Source: Squalus acanthias (lineage: Eukaryota). Taken from it: DNA of 64,000 nt. The translations under genes were made by a program, and so were the position numbers. Positions 25,871-40,900 of the stretch are shown one piece after another. The stretch spans positions 23,746,001 to 23,810,000 of the forward strand of contig CM059435.1 of NCBI GenBank assembly GCA_030390025.1, written 5' to 3'. A model generated the notes under the pieces. It saw nothing but the letters and a program-made list of their open reading frames with translations, made no database searches and was not told the DNA's origin. Numbering within the stretch: the first letter of the stretch is position 1; every line of letters begins with the position of its first letter.

Positions 25871-26514
25871 GCTTCACTCCTCTCTCGCAGAATGCTTTCA
25901 GCAAGTCTTGCTTTAAGATGCAGTACACCTTCCAGATAAAATCTTAGTATTTGGACATGTATTCCCATCGTTTCCAGCTTCTTCACGACAGCCCTTCGAG
26001 ACAGTCAGTAAGTGATCCAAAATAAAATGCTTCAGTTCGGTGTAGTGATACAAATAACTGCATGCCAAGACCAAACCAAACTCACCCGTCTAAAACAATG
26101 ACTAAGTGACAGAGCGCTCGGGGACTCGAACCAACAATATTCTAATGGTGTTAAAATTTGTTTCACACTGTACTGCACTGCACCTCCCCAAATGAAAAAC
26201 AATTTTTACTTTGTTGACGAATATTTGCCATAAACAAAATCTACACAGCTCTGTTCCTGGAAGACAAAAAAGGCCAAATTTGCAATGGGCTAAATGCAAA
26301 TATATTAGTTAGAGAAATACGTGTACCTTGTCTAAACCCAGACAGTAACAATTTCAGGACGAGCAATTGTCATATTGCAAAGTTAATTTCATAAGCATAT
26401 CAAAATATATTTTACTCATAACATTTACTAAAACATACAAGCTTCATGTAGTTTTCCTCAGATTTAAAACTGATGCATTACATGAAAAAAGCACAAGTCA
26501 CACTGCAAAATGTA

Positions 26515-28664
26515 TAAAGGAAAGTTTACACACTTTTATTTTATATTGGACATTATATAAAGAGTAACATGCCTTCTGAAACAATTACATAATCAGTACA
26601 TACAGTGCCTATGACCAAAAAGCAAAAGTACAAAATTGCATTTATTTACACCATTAAGTCACACAAAAATTAAATGGATCCCATGAAACCACTGAGGAAA
26701 AAAAAATCTAATGCAGAATTTCAAAAAAGGAGCATTTAAATATTTAAGAAATGTACAAAACTTAAAATTTAAATCACAGTAAACTTCATATCACCCCGTC
26801 CCCTCCTTCGAGGGCTATTTTACCACTAATTGTTAGAGAAAAATGTACAGAAAAGCAAATCAACAGGTTTATTATATGTTGAACAGCCAAAGACCAGGAG
26901 GCGTCTGTACTGGATGAAGTCAGTGCAGTATTTTGTAATACTTCATCAGTAGACGAGTAAATAGAAGCATGGCAGCAGCCACTAGGTAACCTTTCCATCT
27001 CTTTTCTTATTGTTTTCATTTTCTCATCCATTTTGATCACAGGTTTAGATACAAATAAGAGACATTTATGATGTCGATTCTTCCTACATTTCCAAATTTT
27101 GTGGCCAGACAAAATCTGTATTTGGTCTTCAATCAAAAAAGGGCTCGAGGAAAAAAAAATAGGTACACAATGCAAAAAGCCAGTTGTAATTTATAGTATG
27201 AAGTATTTAAAATAAAGAACAAACTGCTCTATCTGTATTACACATGCACTGCATACAGATAACAAAGTGCAAGATGTTCGTTCTGAATGCAGCTCCTCAG
27301 TGCTTTAATTATGAGCCATTCACAAAAACCATAAAGGAAGTGATAGAAAACAATATAAATTCGGTCAGGCCTTTGGTAATACTTATTTCTACTGAATTTT
27401 TGCAGCTATGCCTATATATTCATATCTAAAAATGCACAACAGCCTCAGTAAATTGAGGTCCAAACCAAAACACTAGTCAGTATAGTACAGGCGATTTCAA
27501 ACTCTTAATAAACCACATTTTGTATTTTAGAACCAACAAACCTGTAGCAATTTTGAATATGCACCTATAGTAATTTAAAGGCTTCCATTACTGTATAAGG
27601 TTCATGTTTACATGGTTTTGTTTTAATTACTTTAAAAAGAATTCAAAAACAAACAAAAAATTGCTTTATTTACATCTAAACAAATAAATGTAATCAGCTT
27701 TTTGGTGTATAGTCCACTTCAGTTGTTTGGCCCAACTGTAATTGTAGTAACAAATGTGTTCAGACAAGGTACACTTCAACTGAATGTGAAAACATTAAGA
27801 GTGAGTGGGAAATCCATCAACCAAAATCCACAACCAAATTCTAGGCATTCCATCCCTATGACATTCCTCTCTATGAGCAACTCGGCTTTCTTCAGTATTT
27901 GAGTACTAGCTTGAGTACTCAAATAGAATGGACATTGTCTGTTTACGAATACACTTGAGTAAAGTAGGTCACCCTGGTGCTTCTTGAGCTACAAGTATTC
28001 TGTACCCCTTATTAAAAAAGATAACTTTTTTTCAAATTAGTGGAGCTACATACCAAGTACAAGTAATGAATTTCTCTGATCAAACAAAAAATGGCACTCA
28101 ATAGACATTCTATGGATCTCGCTTTGCAAATTGGCTCTGGCCTCAATCTGTTAGTTGCATTTGTACACAAAAATTTCCATATCCTACTTAACTGCAAAAT
28201 GCATGAACATTTAAGATGCAACTGCTTAAGAGGCAACAAATAGTTCCAGTAACAGATTTTTTATTTTTAAAGTGTCCGGCACAATAACACTCAATGTGAT
28301 GAAGTAGGTAAAAGCTAGTTTAATTCTTTATGTACAATGTTCACAATGACACATACTGGAACAAAGCTGGGAATGGATATCACTGCATTTTATAATTGAT
28401 GCCTATGCAGCATCCTAAATGTGTTTTTCTCCAAAAAGGGCATTTGTTTTCAAAACAAAACTGGCATATAAAAACTACCTCTTAAGAACTCCAATATTGT
28501 TGCCTAATCGCTCCAAAAGTGAACACCGTGCAATTACCTAAATTGAAGGAATTTTTCAGAATTATATTCTTCGGAATCAAGAGGTGCTTGCCAACATGTC
28601 CATTAACATTTACAGTTAGAAGGCCCATCACATACGTGAACTTCTTAGTGTGAGGCTGGTCTTT
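26515..28664 (-). other. TM9SF4: Putative TM9SF4 3' UTR
   Basis: Repeat-free AT-rich region. AATAAA occurs on the - strand (tttatt on +) at 26535-26540 and 26641-26646. The end point is inferred. Confidence 0.55.
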
Positions 28665-28814
28665 TCAGTCTATTTTTACAGCAGCGTAGATTTTTCGTAT
28701 GAACATGTATGCAGCATAGAATCCAATAGTTCCAGTTAGCAGCCAGAAAGAAAGCACCATCAGAGTTGTGTAGCCAAAATACAACAATGATGGGATGAAT
28801 TCCACAATATCCAA
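28665..28814 (-). CDS. TM9SF4: TM9SF4 terminal coding exon (150 nt including TGA), [15 protein letters not shown]...[10 protein letters not shown]
   Basis: tttctag acceptor; stop read as tca at 28665-28667 on +. The C-terminal KID fits the KxD/E Golgi-retention motif described for TM9/EMP proteins. Confidence 0.97.
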   Translation of the reverse strand: MDIVEFIPSLLYFGYTTLMVLSFWLLTGTIGFYAAYMFIRKIYAAVKID

Positions 28815-31800
28815 CTAGAAAAGAATAAGAAAATCTTGTTTTAAATTCTATGTCTAACAGCTTTGAACTTCAGTGCCAAAAGATAAACTGTAAAAAGTTT
28901 TAAAAAATACACATCCTGAAACTGTGCATCAGCAAATCCATAATTTTACCGTCAAAATTAAAAAAGCAAAACTTAATCAGGTTTGATTTTCCATCGTTCA
29001 TACCTTATTAACAAAATAAAATATGGCATAAACAAGCACATAAAATGCTGATCCACCGGACACCAAGAACGTTCTCCACCACCATCTATAATCCTGAAAT
29101 GTCAAAGGAAAGAGGTTAGTTAATGTTTTCATTAGAACTAGAGCAAAGGCTTCCTCAACAGAAACTTCATATTCATCCTAAGACTCTCCCAGCTAAACAT
29201 TTCATTGAAATAGACTAAATTAATCTCAGGAGTATTCTATCAATGCTGAATTTAGTATTAAACAAATGACAGTCAGTGGAATTTGCATAGAAATCTGAAA
29301 TTCACACTGATGGCAGCTTAGTTAGTTTTCAGTATCAGCAAAGATGGCTGCCATTATCCTGATGCTATATCTAGCCGAGTCTTGAAAAAAAGGGTTTGCT
29401 CCTTTCCCACTGGGAATCATCCAAAGTGTGCCTTAACAGAATCTTTTCTTGATGGCTCATTTGGTAAATACACGCCACAGTATGGAACTCATTATACAGA
29501 CCAAGAAGGTCCCATGTTTGATCCCAGTGCTCGCAGAATCTGATCTCAATAGGGGTGTGATAATTGGCCTCAGCAGCTCTGGATTGGGGGGGGAATCGGG
29601 GGGCAGGGGAATGAATAGGCAAAATAGGGAAGTGACTGTTATATAATATCCCCTGTAGGAAACTTTTCATATGTAAATGTTGTATGAGAGCAGAATTGGG
29701 CTCAGCTATGATGACTCCCACATCACAAGCCTGCCAACATTCACTATCTAGGCTCACATGAAGAATGGTCACTTAGGCAAAATACCAGAGGGCTGCAGAC
29801 AGTGGTGGAATCACATCCCAGCACGAGTCAGCTCCTTTAAGAAATAAGAGCGATGGGGAGAAACAGAAAGGTTTTAAAAGAAGTAAAAATGCAGATGTAG
29901 TAAATCTAATCTCTTCAGCTGGTCCCTGCTTTCAGCCAAGATAGCTAATGAGGTAAACAGCTATGCAGAAGTGCAAGGAAGCTGTAGGAGGTTGGGAAAG
30001 TATTCAGAAAATGATAGCTTTTGAGAGATTTGGGAGTGGAGGCAACATAAATGAGTGGCCAGGGTCACTTATGGTCTAAGTCTTAGATCACAATCTTGCA
30101 TAGGTCCAGGCCAATTTGGACAACGAGCAGAGTGGGTACATTCAGTGTTAGAAACAGATAACTTATTCAGTTAAGTTCGCCTACAAATCAAATGTCAATG
30201 TGGATTGAGCTCCCAATAGCGGAGTTTATCCAGCAAGTAACTGAGCCAAACAGACCACAAAGTTCCCACATTCAGTCGATCCCTAGTAGGTGCAGAGTTA
30301 GCTGATCTCAGGCACAGCATTACAACTGACTTTAGCACTCTCAGGTTAGGAAGGGGAAAATTGTCTTAAGGTTGCTAGTCCCAACTGCAACTACTTCTGC
30401 TAAAAGTAGATGTGAGTGACACTAGGTACGGGCAAGATTGTACTTAATTATGATGACGCCATGGTCCATAACCTGGTGATATTCTCCATCAGTGCCCATA
30501 CATGGATAATGGCCATTTGGGTTGTACCATGGGAGGGAGGCATGGAACCATGGACCCAGCAAGAAGCCAAAACCTTTAAGGGAGGGAAACTGCAAAAATA
30601 AATAGTGATTCCAGTTTTTCTTGATGCCAATTGAAAGGCCCATCTAACGTCTTTATTGTTTAAAACCAGGTTTTACCACATAAAACAAAAATTAAGATGA
30701 GGACAGTCATATAATTCAATATTTCTATCTGATCATACCTCTGCACAGAGTTGGAAGTAAACCATGACAATGCTGATTTGAGAGCATGACACAACCAGGA
30801 TAATAAATACCAAAAATAAGAATCCAAAGAGGTAATAGAACTGGTTCTCCCAAATTGCCTGCAAAGAAAAATGGTTTTAATTTAAATAACACTACTGTTG
30901 AATAATAACAATTCTTGTGATTCTAATCAAATCTATTTTGGCCGGCGGTTAATTAAAGCACCAGTTTCTGGATAGGAAAGCCTTACATAATGCTGCAATA
31001 TTTTCAAAGTACAAAGACAGAGTTACAAGATAAAAATTGTGTCAATGGGCATGTTTTACATTACTACATTACCCAGGTTAATGAAGATTCTATTTGCAAA
31101 CACCGAGGAGAATCTAATAGAGGTTCTCAAAATTATGAAGGGTTTTGAGATGGTAAATCAATGAAAAATTGTTTCCATGGGTTGCTGAATAGGCCATAAA
31201 TCAGTAATATCACTAGGGCGAGTAGAAAAATTAGTTTCTTCACAGTTATTAGAATATTGAATGTTTTATCGCAAGTAGACATTGAGGCAGAAAATATATA
31301 ATCTAGAAGGGAATTAGATAAATATTTGAAAAAGAATATAAAAGGATACAAGGGTAGGGTAATTGTAGCTGTGGGTAACTCCAGTGAAAGAGCTAGCATC
31401 AACTAAAAAAAATTTACTTTAGATTCACTTACGCTGAAAATAAAGAACAGCTCAATAAACATGGCACCAAATGGCAGGATACCAGCCATAAGAATCCTGC
31501 AAAAATAAATCAGTAAAATCAGCCTATGGTGCAGAAATACAAATACAGTACAACAATTTGATTGAGGACATTATTATTAAAGGTTATGACAAAGTAAGTA
31601 ATGATAGGTTGTTTGTACTGGTTGACAATACAATAACATGAGAATACAAACATAAAATAATCACAAAAATTAAGGTGATGGCTATTACTTCTTTTTCCAA
31701 TACAGCAGGTGGTTATAACGTGGATTTTTTTTGCCATAAACCATTGCTGAAGCAGAGTTCATAAATTGTTTTAAAAGAGAATTAGATAGTTGTTTGAAAA

Positions 31801-34800
31801 AAAGGATTATTAAAGGGCATGGGGAGCAAGCAGGAGAGTGGGATTAGACTAGTTGACTAATGTGGGGAAACACACCGACATAATACTTGCTGGGGTGAAT
31901 ATCCTGTTTGTGTCTTAACATTCTATGATGAAAACAGATGAATTAGTATCACTATTCTAACTGGAAACAAAAACTGCAAGTGTTTGAAATCTGTAACAAA
32001 ATGAAAATATGCTCGAAACCGCTACAGCTCAGTCAGCATCTGTGAAGATCCACATACGCTGACTGACCTGGAATGTTTCCAGCATTTGTATTAAACTGCT
32101 TCTCGGAGCAACTAGGAATGGGCAATAAATGCCGGCATTGCCAGCGAAGCCCACATCCCGAGAATGAATAAAAATAAATTCCAGAAGGACTGCAATATGC
32201 AGCCTGCAACTTAACTCCAGCCTTTTTTGCAACAGTTTAAAAAATGCAGTTGGAAAATGCAGAGGTTCTTTATCTGGAATTCCATTGATGTTCTGACCAC
32301 ACGCTCTGCAGTCTGCAGCAGATTGATCTCTGCATGGTCTAATTTTGAATTACAAACTATGGCACTTCTTGGAGAAGCTTCTTTAAAATATAAAACATTT
32401 ATAACGCAGGAAGTTACAAAGGGATATTGACAGATTAAGTGAGTGGGCAAAACTGGCAGATGGCGTTCAATATGTGGAAGTGAGAGAACCTCTACTTTGG
32501 ATCAGAGAAAGACAAATCAGAATATTTTCTTAATAATGAGAGACTAGGAGCTGTGGAGCAGCAAAGGGATTTAGGTGACCTAGTGCACAGGTGCAAAAAA
32601 GTAATCAAAAAGGCTAATGGAATGTAGGCCTTTATCTCAAGGGGGTTGGAATACAAATGTGAGAAAGTGATGCTTCAGTTGCACAGAACCTTGGCCAGAC
32701 ACCATCAGGTGCACTGTGTTCAGTTTTGGGCACCAAACTTCATGAAAGATATATTGGTCCTGGAGGGGGTACAGCACAGATTCACCAGAATGATACCAGG
32801 GCTTAAAGGGATTAATCGTCAGGACAGGTTGCATAAAGTTGGTTTGTATTCCTTTGAGTTTAGAAAGTTGGTGATCTAATCAAAGTGATTAAAATGATAG
32901 AGAGATTCAATAGGGTACATAGAATCATAGAAATTTACGGCACAGAAGGAAGTCATTCGGCCCATCATGTCTGTGCCGGCCGAAAAAGAGCTATCTAGCC
33001 TAATCCCACTTTCCAGCTCTTGGTCCGTAGTCTTGTAGGTTACGGCACTTCAAGTGCATATCCAGGTACTTTTTAAAAGCAATGAGGTTTTCTGCCTCTA
33101 GCACCCTTTCAAGCAGTGAGTTCCAGACCCCCACCACTCTGGGTGAAAAAAGTTCTCCTCTACTCCCCTCTGATCCTTCTACCAATTACTTTAAATCTAT
33201 GCCCCCTGGTTATTGACCTCTCTGCTAAGGGAAATAGGTCCTTCCTATCCACTCTATCTCGGCCCCTCATAATTATACAGCTCAATCAAGTCTCCTCTCA
33301 GCCTCTTAGGTTCCAAAGAAAACAATCGCAGCCTATCCAATCTTTTCTCATAGCTAAAATTCTCCAGACCTAGCAACATCCTTGTAGATCGCCTCTGTAC
33401 CTTCTCTAGTGCAATCACATCTTTCCTGTAATGTGGTGACCAGAACTGTACACAGTACTCTAGCTGTGGCCTAACTAGTGTTTTATACAGTTCAAGCATT
33501 ACCTCCCTGCTCTTATATTCTATGCCTGGCTCATAAAGGAAAGTATCCCATATGGCTTCTTAACCACCTTATGTACCTGTCCTGCTACCTTCAGGGATCT
33601 GTGGACATGCATACAAGGTCCCCCTGTTCCTCTACACTTCTCAGTATTTTATAATTTATTGTGTATTCCCTTGCCTTGTTAGCCTTCCCCAAATGCATTA
33701 CCTCACACTTCTCCGGATTGAATTCCAGTTGCCACTTTTCTGCCCACCTGACCAGTCCTTGATATCTTCCTGCAGTCTATAGCTATCTTCCTCACTGTCA
33801 ACCACACGGCCAATTTTTGTATCATCTGCAAACTGCTTAATCATGCCCCCTACATTGAAGTCTAAATCATTGATACATACCACAAAAAGCAAGGGACCTA
33901 GTACGGAGCCCTGCGAACCCCATTGGGAACAGCCTTCCAGTCACAAAATCACCTGTCGACCATTACCCTTGGCTTCCTGCCACTGAGGCCAATTTTGGAT
34001 CCAACTTGCCACTTTCCCCATTCCCTCGGATCCCATACAGAGAAACTATTTGCCCCTCTTGTGAAGGAATCCCAAACAAGGGGGCATAATCTTAAAATTA
34101 CAGCTAGACCATTTAGAAGTGAAATAAGGAAGCAATTTTTCACACAAAGGATAGTGGAAATCTGAAACTCTCTGCCTCAAAAGGCTCTGAATGCTGGGAC
34201 AATTACATTTTCAGACTAAAATTGATAAAGATTTTTGTTAGATAAGGATATCAAGGGATATGGAGCAACGGCAGGTAAAGGGAGTTGTGGTATAGATCAG
34301 CCATGATCTAATTGAATGATTGAACAGGCTCAAGGGACCAAATGGCCTACTCCTATGTTACTATGAAATGCCAGCATGGACCCAATATCTTATGGGTATG
34401 CTGCACCAAAGGCTTTTTTTCTTTTAGCGTGTTGGTGAGATGCCCTGCAAGTAAGGCTTTTTTGTGTGCAATTGTTTCACACATTTGCTTAAACAATCCT
34501 AAGCAAACACCCTCAAGTACACAGGATGCCTTCCACCATGATTACTAAAAGCATTAAGTTTGTAAGCCTTGTGCAAGACTAGTTAGGTCACAGCTAGAGT
34601 AACCTACAAGGCTACAGATCAAGAGCTGGAAAGTGGGATTAGGCTGGATAGCTCATTTTTGGCTTGCACAGACACGATGGGCCGAATGGCCTTCTTCTGT
34701 GCTGTAAGTTTTTATGATTCTATGATGTAGTCCAACTTCAATCAAATTAAATTTTGTCCAAAATAATTCAGCATAAAAACATGATAAATTAAATAATTTC

Positions 34801-37800
34801 TGATTGTAGAAAGTTAAAAAGGTAGACATAATTGTTACAGAACTTCACAATACCTCAAATTTGTATGAATAATCTGCAACTTACCCAACAAATTTGTTCA
34901 TGTACCATCTCTGTTCAGGGACCTGACGTGGTATTTGATTGGTGCGCACAGGGTTGTCATATGGTTGCTTTCGAAAACCAAAATAATAGCCAAGGTATAC
35001 TAAAGGAAGGGAGATACCAAACCACATGCAGAGAAGGGCCAACATAGTAGGAAAAGGAACCTTTAAAAATACAAAAACAGAATGATAACAGTTAGCTAAA
35101 AAATTTATAAACTTCCTGCAAAAAACTGTAGAGATGGTTTTAGAAATCCAAAAGTGTTTGTCCAGTAGTGTTTAAGAAGAAAAAAAACCTAGTTTATAAG
35201 GTTCTCTTTATGTACAGCTTAAGCTTGTAAAACTATACTATGGCCCTGTTACTGCAATTCAGCAATTAAAGTTTCACTTCAACATCCAATAGGGAGACTG
35301 TGAAACATCTGAGCTGATTTTACTGCTTTCTGAGAAATCAAAAGTAGGGTAAAAAGGTCATAGCACAAATTTAAGCCATATCTAAAAATGTAGTACACTC
35401 CTCTGAATATCTTCAAAATCACAGCAAGCATTTTGTTACAATGTATTTCATACCTCAGGATTGTTTACTTATTTAGTCAAGAACAAAAGTCCCATTATAT
35501 CCATTTTCTAAAGGAATCCAGAGTTTGAGATTTTATTGGAATGACAAAGTTGTGTTCACAGATAGTACAACAAATTTGTCCTCTCACCTCCGCTCCTCAC
35601 GCTCTTTCTTTCAGCAGTGGTGATGGTAGTTAATGTTAAAAATTCTATTGCTTGGGCGTCAGCCATGGCTCAGCAGTTAGAATCTCATCTGAGTCAGAAG
35701 GTCACAGAGTCAAAGCCCACTCAGAGACATGAGCACATCATTTAGGGTGACACTTCAGTGCAGTACCATAAGAGTGCTGCACTGTCAGCCTTTCCAATGA
35801 GATGTTAAACTAAGTTCTGTCTGCCTTCCCAGGTGGATGCAAGATCCTATGTCACTATTCAAAGAGCAGGCGTGTCCTGGCCAACATTCATTCCCTCAAA
35901 CAGAAAATTATTTATTTCATTGCTGTCTGCAGTACCTTGCTGTGCACAACTTGGCTGCTGCATTTCCCTATATTACAACAATCACTACACTTCAAAAGTA
36001 CTTAATCGGCTGTGCAGAATTTTGGGATGTCCTCAAGTTCTTTCTTTACCGCTTGCAAGGACAATTTGAGATAATCACAAAAACACTTAAAGGGGAGTTA
36101 GAAACAATTCCTTTACACAGAGAGAGGATAGAGTGAGAGATTTTCTGCCACAAACCATTGTTGAAGCTGAGTGCATAAATTATTTTAAAATTGAATAAGA
36201 TAGTTGCTTGGAAGAGGGGAATATTAAAGGATTTGCAGTACGAGGAACGTGGGATTAGAGTAGATGGCTCATGTGGAAAAAAAATCACCAGTGCAGGGTT
36301 AATGGACGAATGGCTTATTTCTGTTCTGTAATATTTCTTTATGATTCTACTCATTGCTTTTCACTAAAAACTGGACTCCATCATAAATATCTAAATATAA
36401 AAGCAGTAACTGATACCTAGTTTAAAGTAGCAAAAAGAATCTGAATTCATCCAAAGTTCACACTTCTATTACTGCTAAAAACAACCCAACCTTTCTGCAT
36501 CCAAATCAGCACCTGGACCAATACGACAACTCAGGGTTGGGTCTCATCCCAAGGCCTATTTGAACACAGATGATAGTCCTACCATGAATTTCAACTACTC
36601 TCGTTCCACCTACAAGCTCCATGCGTTTTTACATACTACAATTAAAAGTTAAATAAGCATAGAAGAAACATTTGAGCACTCCTGTTTAAAGTAAAATGTG
36701 ACTGCTTTATTTTGCTTTTAATTTTAGAATGGCAGTAGCAGAAAGGAGGTTTTGAGAGATGGGGGGAACGGGGTGGGGGGGAGGTGTAGAAACATAATTG
36801 CTGGACATGACAGCAAACTAAAACAAAAAGGCAGGAGCATATATATTGTTTTTATGCTTTAAGATTATCCACAATTTAAACAGCTTTCCATAAGCAGTTT
36901 TTTTCCCAACCTGGATTACAGCAGTGACTCACTAAATTATTCTACAAATAAATAGTTCTAATTACGAACAAATTATGTTTATATCAATACTTACAGCTCC
37001 TGATGAATGTTTTCCCCAAATGAAACAATTTAGGACAAAGCACAATCCAAATACAATGCTAGGATAGAGAGTAGCAGTCTGTAAATAATGAGGAAATCAA
37101 ACAAATATTGATGAGTAAAATACAGACAGGTGGTAAAATCTTTAAACCTCAGTATTTCTTTAAGGCAGTGTAGCAAAGAACAACACTACAGTGGTGGAAC
37201 ACATGTGCTGCTTCACTCAGCTGAGTGCCCAATCTTTGGCTCTGTGGACCTTTCTTCCAAAGGTCGAATAGATTTCATGCATTCATCTTTCCCAGAGCAG
37301 CAGGGTAAATAAGGTCCAGGAGGAAGTTACATGTAATACTGCACAAAGTGCCTAGGGGCATTTGAGATCCAATTCTTAACTATGTGTTGGTTAGCTAAGA
37401 CTGAAGCAGAGTAGAAAATACTGAACACTTTGTTGCAGGACATGGTGCAGAAATATTACTAAATTCCTCAAAACAGCTTATTAACATTGCGTGCTTACCT
37501 TTACTGTTTTAATCACTCGAATAACTTTCCAAAAAAGTGAAATTTCTATCCAGATTTACCCATAACCCACATATTTTCTTAAAGATCTGCAGTTAAATTA
37601 CAATACTTTATTTCTAAACTTTAGGGTGAATTTTGTGCTCATCAGGGCATGTGATGACAGAAGATAGACACATTTTGGGATACTTATGACAAGTTTTGCA
37701 CAGAAAGGATTTCGGAGGGGGTGGGGGTGGTGGGTGAGAGTTACTTTTAAATGTTGTGTTTATAAAGCAATGTGTATTCAGAGAAGTTTTAAAAAAATGC

Positions 37801-37946
37801 ACTGAGATAAGTGATTAAAATGCTAATAAGCTAGCTTTGATGTTGTTTCCCAATCGACTAAATAATTTGTTGGTCTGCAACTCGTTAGCCTAGTTTGGCA
37901 ATCGATAAACGCCTGTGTGTTGGGAAGTCTTTCTACCTTTCTGGAT

Positions 37947-37987
<41 letters not shown>

Positions 37988-40900
37988 GCACGCGGGGGGA
38001 TGCGTGCGCGTGGGTGGGGATGTGCGTGGGCGGGCGGGGATGTGCGTGCGCGGTCAATTATTTTTCTTAAGTATGATGCTCAGAACACTTACAGGAGTGA
38101 CTAAAACTGTTGTACCTAAAGGCAAAACCTTAAACTTGTAAACAGACGGCGACTCCAAGATTTCAAACTTTGTAAGGCTTTAATCCCATTTGAAGTGCTA
38201 TAGGGCAGATTTTCCGAATGCAGCTCTGAGCACGAGGCCTCATCCACCAGAAGTGCATATCGGGAAATTGTGGGAACACTCCTTGCAGGCAAGGCTCTCC
38301 ATGCCCAGTGCAGGCTATTACAAAATTGGCCCAACATCTCCAAGACCTGAAATAATGTATTAACTACTAGAATGCAATTTAAAATCAACTTATAATGGGT
38401 AATTTTGTGAGGCTTTGAGCTAGCAACAGAAAATCGAGGCTACAATGTTGTAGCCCTACCTCTATTGGTGAACTCCCCAACAAGCTTCAACACCAGGAGC
38501 CAAGCCTCGCAAAACTACACCCTCATGCTTACAGTAGCTTTGAAGTATACACTGAATTAGAATTGAACTATGGTTTAAAAAAAAATACTTTTCAAAGTAA
38601 ATTTACACGGAACAAGAAAATATTTACCCAATTAACAACTAAGCTAGCAAAATGATTCCAAAGATTTGTCCAAATAAAAGTGTACAATGCGATGTACTTA
38701 CGCAAAAAGCACCTTTCCTCCATCGATGGCCTTTTAGAGTGCGGTACAAACGGCCTGCAAAATAACCACCAAACAACCTGAAAAAAGGAACACATTTTCC
38801 GTAAGACTGACTGGATAAGCTTAGAGGTATACAGTTTACTAAATACAATCTCCCAACCTGTATTACTGGGTCTTACTGTACATGAGTATTAGAGTTGCAC
38901 TGTCTCGAGAAATGTCCAATTAAAGCCATTTCCTGAAAGCAACTAATTTGTTAACTTCTGGATTTTTGAAAGAATAGAATCATAGAATGTCATAGCACAA
39001 AAATATGCCATTGGATTTATCAACTCTACTGTTATTTTTCTCTTACACCTACACTAATCTCACTCTCCCGCTCACTCCCCATATCCTTTAATATTACTAT
39101 TTTTCAAGCAACTATTTAATTCCCTTTTAAAAGAATTTATAGATTCTGCTACAACATTTTGTCAGAGAATTCCACATTCTAACAACCCTGTGTAAAGAAT
39201 GATTTTCTAACTTTCACTTGAATTTTTGCACATATAGGAACAGTTTACTTCCTGGCACTTACAGGAGGAATAGTCAGTGTGAATTGAACTTTTCTGAAAT
39301 GTACTTAAAAGGAATAAAACAAGATAAAGATACGGCTTTATCCTTGATTATATTCTTCTGAAAACTATCTCCCCTTCTCCCTTTAAAATGTTACCCAATA
39401 ACTCAAGTGCACTTTTTTAATTACTCACTGTTTAATCATTTCACAGGTACAAATTTGGGAGAGAAATAAGGCAGCATTGAATCTCTCACATTTTAATTCA
39501 ATTCCTGCAAATGTTTTGTTAGCCATTTTGTATATCTCTGATGAAAAGTCTCTACTTAGACCACCTACGTTGCCACAATCAATTTCCTAAGAATTATGGA
39601 CTACGTCACCACAGATTCTCAGTTCATATGTAAAATAAACTCCACATGACATTCATGGTAAAAGAACAAAATGAATCTTGGAGTAGTTTTTAAATAAGAA
39701 TTTAAATGTTATCTACCATTCACATCAAAATTTACTGCTGTATTTGCAGGAACAGCAACAGGAGGCAATGGCTGAGGTCATAGGAATATAGGTAGGCCAT
39801 TCAGCTTCGAGCCTAATCCGCTATTCAATTAGGCTGATCTGTACCTCAACTCCATTTACCCGCCTTTGATCCATATCCCGATACCCTTACCTAACAAAAA
39901 TTTATCGATCTCAGTCTTGACAATTTCAATTGATCCAGCATCCACAGCTTTTTGGGGAGAGAATTCCACATTTCCACTACCCTTTGTGTGGAAAAAGTGC
40001 TTGCTGATTTCACTTCTGAATGGCCTAGCTCTAATTTTAAGAATGTGCCTCATTGTTCTGAAATGCCCTACCAGAGGAAGTAGCTTTTCTCTACCTACTC
40101 TATCAAATCCTTTTATCATTTCAAACACCTCAATTAGATCACCCCTTAACCTTCTAAACTCAAGGAAATGCAACCCAAGTTTAGGCAACCTGTCCTCATA
40201 AAGCGTTAATTTAAGTCCCAGTATAATTTTGGTATATCTGCGCTGACCCTCCTCCAGGAAGGAATTATATCCTTCCTGAGGTGCGGTGCCCAGTACTGAA
40301 CACAATCCTCCAGATGGGTTCTGACCAAGGCTCTGTACAGCTGAAGCATAAGTTCCTCCCCTTTGTAAACCAACCCTCTTGAGATAAAGGCCAACATTCC
40401 ATTAGCCTTTTGGATTACTTTTGTACCTGTGCACTAGCTTTTAGTGATTTGTGTACTTGGACACTCAAATCCCTTTGCTCCTCCACAGTTTCCAATCTCT
40501 CACCATTAAGAAAATATTCTGATTCATCTTTCTTGGATCCAAAGTGGATTAACTCACTCTTACGTTGAGCTCCATCTGCCACAGTTTTGCCCACTGAATC
40601 TGTATGTCCTTTTGTAACTTCCTGCTCCCATCTGCACAACGTACTGTTCCTCGTAACTTAGTGACATATGCAAATTTGGATATACAACACTCTATTCCTT
40701 CATCCAAGTCATTGATATATATGTTGAAAAGCGGAGGTCCCAGTACAAATCCTTGGGAACCACTTGTCACACTCTGCCAATCAGAATACATTCCATTTAT
40801 CCCTACTCCCTGTCTCACAACCAACTGTCAACCCATGTCCTAAGGTTACCTCCAATTCCATGCAGTCTAATTTTTGCTAATAATCTCTTGTGTGGAACCT

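Noticed and set aside
39538-39570. CTGATGA followed by a short stem
   Set aside because: No GAAA or stem I/III partner.
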